Shown: one piece after another, positions 46,787 to 55,021 of the stretch
Layout of the letters: each line of letters opens with the position of its first letter
Position numbering within the stretch: the stretch's first letter is position 1
NCBI GenBank assembly: GCA_043784925.1
Contig: JAYVXU010000058.1
Span: 1,171-65,170, forward strand
Direction of reading: 5' to 3'
DNA from: Candidatus Adlerbacteria bacterium
GTDB lineage: Bacteria; Patescibacteriota; Minisyncoccia; Phycocordibacterales; SBAW01
DNA: 64,000 bases
Translations under genes and position numbers: made by a program
Notes under the pieces: model-generated
Told to the model about the DNA's origin: nothing
The model's database searches: none
Seen by the model: the letters and a program-made list of their open reading frames with translations, nothing else

Positions 46787-47239
46787 ATGGAATCCTCCCC
46801 TCGTCCCAAAGTAGTGGCAGTGTCTGGTGGATTTGACCCCGTCCATATTGGGCATGTACGAATGTTTATCGAAGCTAGAGCACTTGGTGACGAGCTTGTC
46901 GTCATACTCAACAATAACAACTGGCTCAAGCTAAAAAAGGGCTACGCCTTTATGCCAGAAGAAGAGCGCAAGGAAGTGATCGAAGCCTTTGCAGCAGTAG
47001 ACAGGGTGTTACTTACCCATCATAGCGCCAACACGACTGACATGTCGGTTTGCCAGGAACTCCAAGAACTCAAACCTGATATTTTTGCAAATGGAGGTGA
47101 TCGAAAAGAGGATAGTGTGCCCGAGTATACACTCTGTGAAGAGCTCGGCATACAGATGGTATTTGGCACTGGCCACGGAGGTAAAGTCCAGTCGAGCTCC
47201 TGGCTTATCGGTAAGGCAAAAGAACAAGGACACTCCTAA
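46787..47239 (+). CDS. Cytidylyltransferase-like nucleotidyltransferase (RfaE domain II / TagD-like)
   Basis: VSGGFDPVHIGHVRMF (HxGH motif). 150 aa. Confidence 0.85.
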   Translation: MESSPRPKVVAVSGGFDPVHIGHVRMFIEARALGDELVVILNNNNWLKLKKGYAFMPEEERKEVIEAFAAVDRVLLTHHSANTTDMSVCQELQELKPDIFANGGDRKEDSVPEYTLCEELGIQMVFGTGHGGKVQSSSWLIGKAKEQGHS

Positions 47240-47262
47240 ATTGTTTTAAAAATTTTGACACA

Positions 47263-47289
47263 AAAAATCCGGCAGTGAGCCGGATTTTT
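47263..47289. terminator. Bidirectional intrinsic terminator
   Basis: AAAAATCCGGC-agtga-GCCGGATTTTT, between convergent genes. Confidence 0.75.
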
Positions 47290-47315
47290 ATGTCTATTAT
47301 TTCCTCTATCTCAAC

Positions 47316-47798
47316 TTAACGTGTGACACAGGTGACCGCAGGACTTCCGAGCGCCACTTCACTTGAATTAGGAGCACATACAGTGAACCTGCCTGTGGTA
47401 TCCATAGCGAGAGTATATTTAGTATCCGCAGCTATACCTCCTGTTGGGTCGGTTGGAATTGCCGCTGGAATATAGACTGGTACTAAACATCCAAGGTTTA
47501 CAAGTCCAGCGCCAGTCCCGATATTGGCTGCTGTTGCTCCCGGTGCGGTCCCAATTCCTGCACAAGTAAAGGTGCCTTTATTGTCGACAATGTTTTGGCC
47601 TATACCATTTAAAATGGTCGTAAGATTTGACTCCCGTTGCGAATTACGAGCTTGTGCAAAATGCCTTGCAGGATTGATGGCGATGATAACTACTGCCGCT
47701 AAAATAGCAATAATGCCGATCACTACTAAAATTTCTATAAGAGTAAATCCAGAACTGGGGCGAACGAGCCCTCGCACCTTTACAAAAAGCTTCTGCAT
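47316..47798 (-). CDS. Type IV pilin-like protein (prepilin N-terminal methylation domain)
   Basis: SGFTLIEILVVIGIIAILAAVVIIAINP class III signal peptide. 160 aa. Confidence 0.9.
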   Translation of the reverse strand: MQKLFVKVRGLVRPSSGFTLIEILVVIGIIAILAAVVIIAINPARHFAQARNSQRESNLTTILNGIGQNIVDNKGTFTCAGIGTAPGATAANIGTGAGLVNLGCLVPVYIPAAIPTDPTGGIAADTKYTLAMDTTGRFTVCAPNSSEVALGSPAVTCVTR

Positions 47799-47921
47799 AT
47801 GTTATTCAAATATTACATTAGTAAAGGAACCGCACTCGTTCTACCACGACTAGATTTGCGCACAACACTTGTATAAAATGAAACAGTACGCAAATGATTT
47901 TGTAAATAACTGATACGTGAA

Positions 47922-47957
47922 AGGGCGCTCTCTTCTGGTTACAGAAGCGAGCGCCCT
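47922..47957 (-). terminator. Hairpin downstream of the PEP-CTERM gene
   Basis: AGGGCGCTC...GAGCGCCCT with inner TTCTG/CAGAA. Weak U tail. Confidence 0.5.
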
Positions 47958-47978
47958 AGTTAGCAAAACAAAATCAAG

Positions 47979-48758
47979 TCAAGCTGAACGACGCCGAACC
48001 GCGGCCAAGCCCACGAGGCCCACCCCGAGAAGAGCGGCCGATATAGGCTCAGGTACATTTTGGTTTCCGCCATTCTGAAATACACCATGAAGCGATGCTT
48101 CAGGCGCGGTCCCATACAAGAAGTCAACACTCAGCGTTGCCAGATCGGCTCCGGCCAAGTTGCCAGACAGCACCAACACGAGAGTGTCTCGGATGAGTGC
48201 CTGGTTGGACAAGCCACCGTTGAAAGGTCCCGCAGCATTTGATACGATACCAAATTCGATACCGTTCAGGGAGACAGGGCTTTCAAGATTGACACCGCCG
48301 AAGTTGCCCAAGTTCCCAACAATACCGGTGGTCACATATCCGGCTGACCCGATGACTTGGGCGCCAGTGATGCCAAGTCCCGCCAGCGTCAGAAACTGCT
48401 GGTAGCCAACTTCGGCGCCCACGTTGACGCTGGTCCCGCCGCACGCATTGATGTTGCAAAAAGTCGACCCAAAAATTGCGGAAGGCGAGGTTGCGGACGC
48501 GGGGGTAAGAGCCACGGGGCCACCAGCAAATTTGAAGGCAAGACCCGTCAGCGTATTGGTAGGCGCCTCTAGCATATTGGTAGACGAGATGTTTTTGAGA
48601 GCAATGGTGAAATTACTCCCTGACACCTGGACGTCAGCCGATGCGGCGACATTATTACCGCCGATGACACCTGACGTAGTATAGAGGGCAGCTTTCGCCG
48701 GAGCGATTGTGGCTGCCAACAGCAGAGCAGCTGTCATGATTTTTTTAAAGAACGCCAT
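47979..48758 (-). CDS. PEP-CTERM sorting-domain surface protein
   Basis: Sec signal MAFFKKIMTAALLLAATIAPAKA. C-terminal VPEP + TM (ISAALLGVGLVGLAAV) + RRRSA. The gene is strikingly GC-rich (two hand-counted 60-nt samples, 63% and 65%). Confidence 0.85.
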   Translation of the reverse strand: MAFFKKIMTAALLLAATIAPAKAALYTTSGVIGGNNVAASADVQVSGSNFTIALKNISSTNMLEAPTNTLTGLAFKFAGGPVALTPASATSPSAIFGSTFCNINACGGTSVNVGAEVGYQQFLTLAGLGITGAQVIGSAGYVTTGIVGNLGNFGGVNLESPVSLNGIEFGIVSNAAGPFNGGLSNQALIRDTLVLVLSGNLAGADLATLSVDFLYGTAPEASLHGVFQNGGNQNVPEPISAALLGVGLVGLAAVRRRSA

Positions 48759-48832
48759 TGTACCTTATCCTTTATGGGTTGGGTTATGGATTTGGCGGAT
48801 CAGTATGTAAAACCATAGTACCCTTTCTTACG

Positions 48833-49333
48833 TCAGCGGTAGCGTGTGAGTAGTACTACGGTGAGGAGGTTGGGGCCTAGTTGCGAGTGCGGTAGGACCC
48901 CGGGTACTTCTCCCTCTACTAATTTCTTGCAGGAAGCACACCAGTGGTGCGTGATCGTCCACTGTGTCACTACCGGTTGCGGGGTAAGCACAATATCTTC
49001 AATGATAGGAGTGCGGGATGATTGCAGAGCGGAGACACTACCCTTGCAGTCCGGACAGGTAGTGAGAGAAAGTGTTTTGTGCTCAGTGATTGTTGGAGTA
49101 GGACGGTAGCTCTGGGGAGTACGCAGCTTTTTTTCGTGCGTGCGTTGTGTACGTGTGCGAGGTTGGTGTCGCTCAAAGAGGAGTTTCTGCAGCTTCTCTA
49201 CGGTTTCATCTTTCTTGTCTAGTTCTTCCTGGAGCTTATCCAATTTCTCTTGCAGTAGTTTGTTTTCTTGTGTGAGTGCTTTGTTCTTTTCCTCAACAAT
49301 CTCTACTCGATCCCGTGCTTTACGGTGCAACAC
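48833..49333 (-). pseudogene. Truncated IS66-family transposase (N-terminal leucine zipper + zinc finger only)
   Basis: LQEKLDKLQEELDKKDETVEKLQKLLF coiled coil, CPDCKG...CASCKK zf-IS66-like. Stops at 166 aa, before the DDE domain. Confidence 0.7.
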
Positions 49334-49508
49334 CTTGAGATTGTGCCATTCAATGAGACGGGCGTGGATGACCTGATGCGGAAAGTTTCAGAGCCATAGT
49401 ACCTCTAGTGTACTACTAGGGGTATGAGTCTGCTGTTAAAGGCTATTGCGGAGGTAGCTTTCAGGTGAGCAAATTCATTGACTTTATTCATATATTGTTA
49501 TCTTACAT

Positions 49509-49563
49509 GATTGCACTTCAAAAGAGAATTTTTGCTCCCTCAATTCTCGGCTGAAGTGCAATC
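49509..49563. repeat. Perfect 12-bp inverted repeat with 31-nt spacer in a roughly 500-bp non-coding stretch
   Basis: GATTGCACTTCA (49509-49520) / TGAAGTGCAATC (49552-49563). Confidence 0.6.
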
Positions 49564-49873
49564 AAAGCACTTGCGTAATGAACTAATGATACCACAAGCG
49601 AATGAAGCTTCATACGCACTCTTTCCTCCTGTAATTCCCAAATGAAAATCAACCGCCCACTCGGTTCCAAACATCCAAAACATGGTTTTGAATATCTGCT
49701 TAATTATGGATAAATTCCAAATACCATTTCTCCTGATTCAGAAGAGTTTGATGCTTCCTTACAATGACCAATTAGGCTCCCGTAGACCATCCTCGGGAGC
49801 ACTTTTCTGTGAGAAACTATACCTTAAATATTATCGCAAGTTAAAAAGACCCACAAAACCACTCTAAGATTAA

Positions 49874-50278
49874 CTATGATTTCTTTACCAAGAAACGGTC
49901 ATTATGATGGAAGTCGTATAAGAACCAGTAATAATTAATTACCCAGTGGCCTTCTTTGCAGCTCAAGAATGGGCACAGCTTATGACCAGTGACCGACGTC
50001 CATACAGTCTGTGGGAAAATAAGATTGTACTTTTGCCATTCAGACGGTATAAGTTCTTGGTTTTGCAAAAGGTATTTTGCATCTTGCTGAGAGCCAACAG
50101 CTTTATTTTCAGCAGCTCTCTGCATCATAGCTTCCCAAATCGCATATTCTTCAGAAGTTTCAACGAAAGCTTTTATATCAAGAGCGCTTAAGTTTAGTTT
50201 TGGGTTCGAAGATGAAAAAGACTGACTCTGCCAACCTAAGTTTTGAAGTGAATTTGTATGATTAATAGTATTTTGCAT
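49874..50278 (-). CDS. Hypothetical protein
   Basis: 134-aa ORF, Trp/Tyr-rich C-terminus. No motif recognised. Confidence 0.5.
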   Translation of the reverse strand: MQNTINHTNSLQNLGWQSQSFSSSNPKLNLSALDIKAFVETSEEYAIWEAMMQRAAENKAVGSQQDAKYLLQNQELIPSEWQKYNLIFPQTVWTSVTGHKLCPFLSCKEGHWVINYYWFLYDFHHNDRFLVKKS

Positions 50279-50299
50279 AAAAGAAAATTATATAGATTA

Positions 50300-51574
50300 T
50301 TAATTTCTGTAAGACACGAGAACCACTTTCTTACCAACACGCAATACTGCGACATTCTGCACAAGTTCTTCTGAGGAGAAAACCTGGTCAACAGAACTTA
50401 CTGTCTTGTCATTGATATACACACCTTTATTTTCTACCAAACGCCGACATTCTGATCTTGATGGAACAAGCCCTGATTCAGCCATAATTTCGATTACATT
50501 TACACCATTTTCGAATTGATGATTATTCAACGCATAACCAGGCATACCATCAATCAGAAAATTAATTTCTGATTCGCTTAAGGTAGTCAGATGCGAGATA
50601 TCTCCAAAGACTATTTCTGACACACGACTTGCAGCTTCGGCAGCCTCCTCGCCGTGAATGATTTTAGTGACCTCATACGCGAGCTTCTTTTGACCTAATC
50701 GGTTTTGAGGATTAGGCTCGTGATCAAGAAGCATCTGTGAGATTTCGTTAAGCGACAAAAAGGTGAAGATCTTAAAATAAGTCTCTAGACCTTCATCTGA
50801 TACGTTTAACCAGAATTGGTAGAACTTGAAAGGCGATGTTTTATTAGGATCAAGCCATACAGCATTTCCCTCGGACTTACCAAACTTCTTACCAGTTTTT
50901 TTGTCAGTAATGATAGGTGTTGTTAAGGCATACGAAGAGGCCCCCTCCTTGCGACGTATTAGGTCTATGCCTGAAATGATATTTGCCCATTGGTCTGAAC
51001 CGCCGATTTGTAGATTGACGCCCTCAGTCTTATACAGATGAAGGAAGTCATACGCCTGAAGCAGTGAGTAAGAAAACTCAGTGAATGAAAGAGGGTCTTC
51101 AGCATCAAGTCTGTTTTTTATGATGTCTCTCTTAATAAGCTGATTGACCGTGAAGTATTTAGCGATATCGCGGAGGAATTCAATAATGCCAAGCTTTGAA
51201 AGCCAGTCAACATTGTTGAAAATAACATATTCTTTTTTGCCAAAGATATTTTGAAGCTGCGAGCGGATGGTGTTTGTGTTCTTTTCAACCGTTTCCATAT
51301 CAAGCAACACGCGCTCACCACTCTCTCTTGGGTCACCAATCATGCCAGTGCCACCACCAACTAAGAACACGATCTCATGACCAGCATCAGCTAAATGCTT
51401 CATAAGAAAAACGGGTACTAAATTGCCAACATGCAGAGAGTCAGCAGTAGGGTCAATGCCTAGATACGCCTTACGCTTTTCGAACAAAATATCCGAGAGG
51501 TTGCCACCGCCTTCTTGCTCTACAAGTCCTCGATTTTTTAACTCCAGAGAGATGTTTTTTTGTAATGTATTCAT
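50300..51574 (-). CDS. tyrS: Tyrosine--tRNA ligase
   Basis: HIGH-type GIDPTADSLHVGNLV, KMSKS-type KFGKS, C-terminal S4 domain. Confidence 0.95.
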   Translation of the reverse strand: MNTLQKNISLELKNRGLVEQEGGGNLSDILFEKRKAYLGIDPTADSLHVGNLVPVFLMKHLADAGHEIVFLVGGGTGMIGDPRESGERVLLDMETVEKNTNTIRSQLQNIFGKKEYVIFNNVDWLSKLGIIEFLRDIAKYFTVNQLIKRDIIKNRLDAEDPLSFTEFSYSLLQAYDFLHLYKTEGVNLQIGGSDQWANIISGIDLIRRKEGASSYALTTPIITDKKTGKKFGKSEGNAVWLDPNKTSPFKFYQFWLNVSDEGLETYFKIFTFLSLNEISQMLLDHEPNPQNRLGQKKLAYEVTKIIHGEEAAEAASRVSEIVFGDISHLTTLSESEINFLIDGMPGYALNNHQFENGVNVIEIMAESGLVPSRSECRRLVENKGVYINDKTVSSVDQVFSSEELVQNVAVLRVGKKVVLVSYRN

Positions 51575-51586
51575 ATTGTTACTAAA

Positions 51587-52019
51587 TCACTTTTTAAGAA
51601 GTTGAAGTGCCCTTTTACATTCTAATATACCCTCGACCTTAGCGGCACTTGAAGAATTTACTCTTAGCTTAAACTCACCCATATTCTTTACAAGATGATA
51701 GTTTATAAAGCCGAAAACTTTTTCATTCTCAAGTTCTGTAAATGAGCCCTTCTTTGAATCCTTAAGCTTTTTCAACACCTTATCAGCAAACGTTTCTTTT
51801 ATATACTGACGTCGGCAACCATTCTGGAGCTGCTTGACGTACGCCCTTAGCATTGAAAAAAACCTTCACGTCGATATCAGAGCTGCTATCGACATGATTT
51901 CTTTTTCCGAGCCCGCCGAGAACCACAATCCCCTCAACATTATCTCTTTCTTTGAGGCGCTCAATAAATGGCAGAAGTATCTGCTCGAACTCTTTATTAA
52001 GACTTTTATCAGCTTTCAT
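51587..52019 (-). pseudogene. Nucleotidyltransferase-domain gene split by a frameshift at an A7/T7 tract
   Basis: The upstream half has GGLGKRNHVDSSSDIDV (G-x-n-DxD). The downstream half is in the -1 frame. The frames meet at the homopolymer 51856-51862, and removing one base gives one roughly 144-aa ORF. Confidence 0.6.
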
Positions 52020-52020
52020 A

Positions 52021-52449
52021 TTACTTTTGGAAGACAATATCTGCGACTTCATGCGTACCCGATGACGCCATAATCTCACGGTCAAAGTCATTTTTTATTT
52101 CAACCAACCGAAGAAGCGAGGCCTTTAGAGTTTCTTGTGTCGTACGGTAAGACATTGGATACAACTTAAAGGCTGGAATATCCAAACCTGTTTTGCTCTT
52201 TGTGTAATTTGATATATATCCTATGACAGGTATCGTGGAGTCAGAAGTTGCCGAGATTTTCTTAAATAGAGATAGGCAGTACTTTTGGATCTGTAGAATA
52301 TATTCTTCAGTCTGACTTATGAGCTCTGAATAAGTCAGACCGGATGACTTGGGGAATACGACGACTGGGAACCCAAGACCGTTAGGATTTATAAGTTCAT
52401 ACTGCGAAGTGTCGATATTTTGCTCAATGGAGTCGTGTATCTGCATCAT
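52021..52449 (-). CDS. Hypothetical protein (start uncertain)
   Basis: MMQIHDSIEQNIDTSQYELINPNGLGFPVVVFPK... The track's N-terminal extension crosses a 13-bp hairpin and looks non-coding. The start may lie between 52449 and 52560. Confidence 0.5.
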   Translation of the reverse strand: MMQIHDSIEQNIDTSQYELINPNGLGFPVVVFPKSSGLTYSELISQTEEYILQIQKYCLSLFKKISATSDSTIPVIGYISNYTKSKTGLDIPAFKLYPMSYRTTQETLKASLLRLVEIKNDFDREIMASSGTHEVADIVFQK

Positions 52450-52560
52450 TGTTGCAATGTATCTCTGGAAACCTTCAATGCCGATTTCTTGCAAGCACAC
52501 ATAAGCCGAGGCAGGACCTTCGCCACTTCGACTATGCTCCAGCGTGTAGTGTTGAAAGCA

Positions 52561-52591
52561 AACCACTCCCACCTGTAAGGTGGGAGTGGTT
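52561..52591. other. Perfect 13-bp hairpin
   Basis: AACCACTCCCACC-tgtaa-GGTGGGAGTGGTT. No strong U tract on either side. Lies about 150 nt outside the IS left end. Confidence 0.5.
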
Positions 52592-52738
52592 TGCTTCGAA
52601 GAAATCTTTTTGTTCTTTTGTAAGCATATGTTTTTTTGATTTATGACAAGAATGCAAATAAGGCTGAATTTAGAACGGCACATTGTGCTCGAAGCCCAAC
52701 TATACACCAGAGCCACCCTCTATGCACTCCCTCCAAAA

Positions 52739-54117
52739 TAGAAAGTTCACCCCCCCCCGTTTTGATCAGTCGCTATGATGAGCATACTAGCTCATCATTT
52801 TTTGCACCTATGGAACAATCACTCACCCCCGAAAGATCGGGAGCGATACGATATTATGAGGAAGTGTCTAGATACAACAATTACTAACAAAGAAGCTGCC
52901 GTACAACTCCATCTCACCGTACGACAAGTGCAAAAACTAAAGCGAAAAGTTGCAGAAGATGGTGAACAAGGAGTAGTACATGGAAACCGTGGGAGAGTAT
53001 CAAATCGTGCGCTTGCTGCAAAGAAAAAGAAAGAGGTTATCTCGTTTTTACATACAAAGAAACATCAAGACTTTGGTCCAACCTATGCCACTGAACAATT
53101 AGAAAAACAAAAAGATATTACCCTTAGTGTGAAGACGATGAGTAGTTTCATGGTACAGGAAAAACTCTGGAAGCCAAGGGGGAGACGCGGTGCAGACATA
53201 CGTCATGAATGGCGAGAGAGACGACCTATGTATGGTGAACTCATACAGTTTGATGGCTCGTACCATGATTGGTTTGAGGATAGTACGGAAGCCTGTTTGC
53301 TCGCTGCAATAGATGATGCTACGGGCAAACTTCAATTGGTCTTTGAGGATAATGAAGGAGTGCACGCAGTGTTTCGCTTCTGGTTAGCATATATTGAAGC
53401 GTACGGTCTTCCCAGAGCCATCTACCTAAACAAGTTCAGCACCTACAAGATTAACCACAAGAATGCCGTAGACAATGCAGAGCTCATGACCCAGTTTGAG
53501 CGCGCTATGGAAGCATTGAATATCGAAGTAATTTGTGCTAACTCACCACAAGCCAAAGGAAGAGTCGAGCGGTTGTTCAGGACACTCCAAGACCGGTTAG
53601 TGAAAGATATGCGACTGGAGGGTACCAAAGACAGAAAAAGTGCAAACGTCTTTTTGAAAGATATATACACTCCCGATCATCACACACGATTCTCTGTGGA
53701 GGCAAGACACAGGGGTGACGCCCATCGACCACTCACCCCTCAGTTGCGGGCACAGTTGTCATCGATCTTTTCGATACACATGGAGCGAGTGGTTAAAAAT
53801 GATTATACTGTTCAGTTTAAAAACAAGTGGTTACAGTTGAAACCAACGAAGGGAGTGACCGTGTACAAAAAAGATTTGGTTACTATTGAAGAGTGGTTGG
53901 ATGGAGTGCTGCATGTGCGATTGAAACAGACGTACCTTGCGTTTGAAGTGTTGCCACACAGACCCGTACCAACAAAGAAAAAAGTGACCGCACTTATCAA
54001 AAAGAAAACGGTGTACAAACCAGCTCCTACACATCCTTGGCGCAAATATGTAGCGCCACTTACTAACCACAAACCATGAGACCACAGAACACAGACCAGG
54101 ACTAGATGAACTTTCTA
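52739..54117 (+). mobile_element. IS element (rve DDE transposase; ISNCY/IS1202-like or IS481-like)
   Basis: An 11-nt inverted repeat TAGAAAGTTCA (52739-52749) / TGAACTTTCTA (54107-54117) brackets the single transposase ORF. The true ends and target duplication are not resolved. Confidence 0.6.
52775..54079 (+). CDS. DDE (rve-type) transposase with N-terminal HTH
   Basis: HTH LTVRQVQKLKRKV..., HGNRGRVSNRAL, catalytic triad context QFDGSYHDW / AAIDDATG / KGRVERLFRTLQD. Confidence 0.85.
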   Translation: MMSILAHHFLHLWNNHSPPKDRERYDIMRKCLDTTITNKEAAVQLHLTVRQVQKLKRKVAEDGEQGVVHGNRGRVSNRALAAKKKKEVISFLHTKKHQDFGPTYATEQLEKQKDITLSVKTMSSFMVQEKLWKPRGRRGADIRHEWRERRPMYGELIQFDGSYHDWFEDSTEACLLAAIDDATGKLQLVFEDNEGVHAVFRFWLAYIEAYGLPRAIYLNKFSTYKINHKNAVDNAELMTQFERAMEALNIEVICANSPQAKGRVERLFRTLQDRLVKDMRLEGTKDRKSANVFLKDIYTPDHHTRFSVEARHRGDAHRPLTPQLRAQLSSIFSIHMERVVKNDYTVQFKNKWLQLKPTKGVTVYKKDLVTIEEWLDGVLHVRLKQTYLAFEVLPHRPVPTKKKVTALIKKKTVYKPAPTHPWRKYVAPLTNHKP

Positions 54118-54156
54118 CTTAGCTGTAACAGACTTTTAATTACTGACAGTCAACCG

Positions 54157-54540
54157 TTACAGCACTTCACTCCAGGAGACAATTTTTCGACTAGAAGGCT
54201 CATATAAGACCTCAAGGTTGGTAATTATTTTTTGACCAGAAGTTGCCTGAATGGGTATACGAATTAAAGCTCCTAAAGGGGTGAGGAACCCAATACTACA
54301 TGAATCAAGAATATTGAGAGTACGCGTTTCTGAACCTAAATATTGAGAGTTAAAAGCAAGTGAGACAAGGGCTATGTCGGCGCAAGCGTCAGCCGCAGAA
54401 CTACTTCTTGCCTTAAGTTCCCCATCTGCGATAGTTCGCCTTGTATAAAACCCAAGCAAACTACTTGAAGCCACGACTACAAACAACACACTCGAAATAA
54501 GTATGGCAGATATTAGAGCAACAAATCCTCGTGGTTTCAT
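54157..54540 (-). CDS. Pilin-like minor pseudopilin (no Glu5)
   Basis: MKPRGFVALISAILISSVLFVVVASS N-terminus. Last gene of the pilus operon. Confidence 0.6.
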   Translation of the reverse strand: MKPRGFVALISAILISSVLFVVVASSSLLGFYTRRTIADGELKARSSSAADACADIALVSLAFNSQYLGSETRTLNILDSCSIGFLTPLGALIRIPIQATSGQKIITNLEVLYEPSSRKIVSWSEVL

Positions 54541-55019
54541 TTTCGTAAATATTTCTTAATATAAAAATCCGCACCATTTATAGTAGTGGACGCCTCTATC
54601 CCCTCGGGCTTTGCGCCTATAGCTTTAAGGTAGTGAAATTGCAGTGCTGAAACAATTACATTTGGCGTGGTAAGGGGTACGGGTGGAGCACCGTTTTGGC
54701 TTAATGTAATTGAGTGTGGCTGAGGAGCAAACGTTACCACAAAACTAGCGTTCGTTGCACTTACCACTTGTAGAGTCGAACTGTAGGGTGATACTTTATT
54801 TGGCACCACTTGTACGGAGACTCCATTAAGCACCCAGTCTAGTTTACGCAAGACAAAATCTCCCTCTTGTTGCACCCTAACACTTTTATCGCTCAGATGA
54901 GCGGAACTCAGCAACTGAAAGGAAGCGAGCACTACCCCACTCATGAGCATACTAAAAAGAGCGATGTACAATAGTACCTCTACGAGTGTAAATCCTTTAG
55001 TTTTCCTTTGAATATGCAT
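54537..55019 (-). CDS. Prepilin-type N-terminal cleavage/methylation domain protein
   Basis: KGFTLVEVLLYIALFSMLMSGVV. Confidence 0.8.
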   Translation of the reverse strand: MHIQRKTKGFTLVEVLLYIALFSMLMSGVVLASFQLLSSAHLSDKSVRVQQEGDFVLRKLDWVLNGVSVQVVPNKVSPYSSTLQVVSATNASFVVTFAPQPHSITLSQNGAPPVPLTTPNVIVSALQFHYLKAIGAKPEGIEASTTINGADFYIKKYLRK

Positions 55020-55021
55020 AA

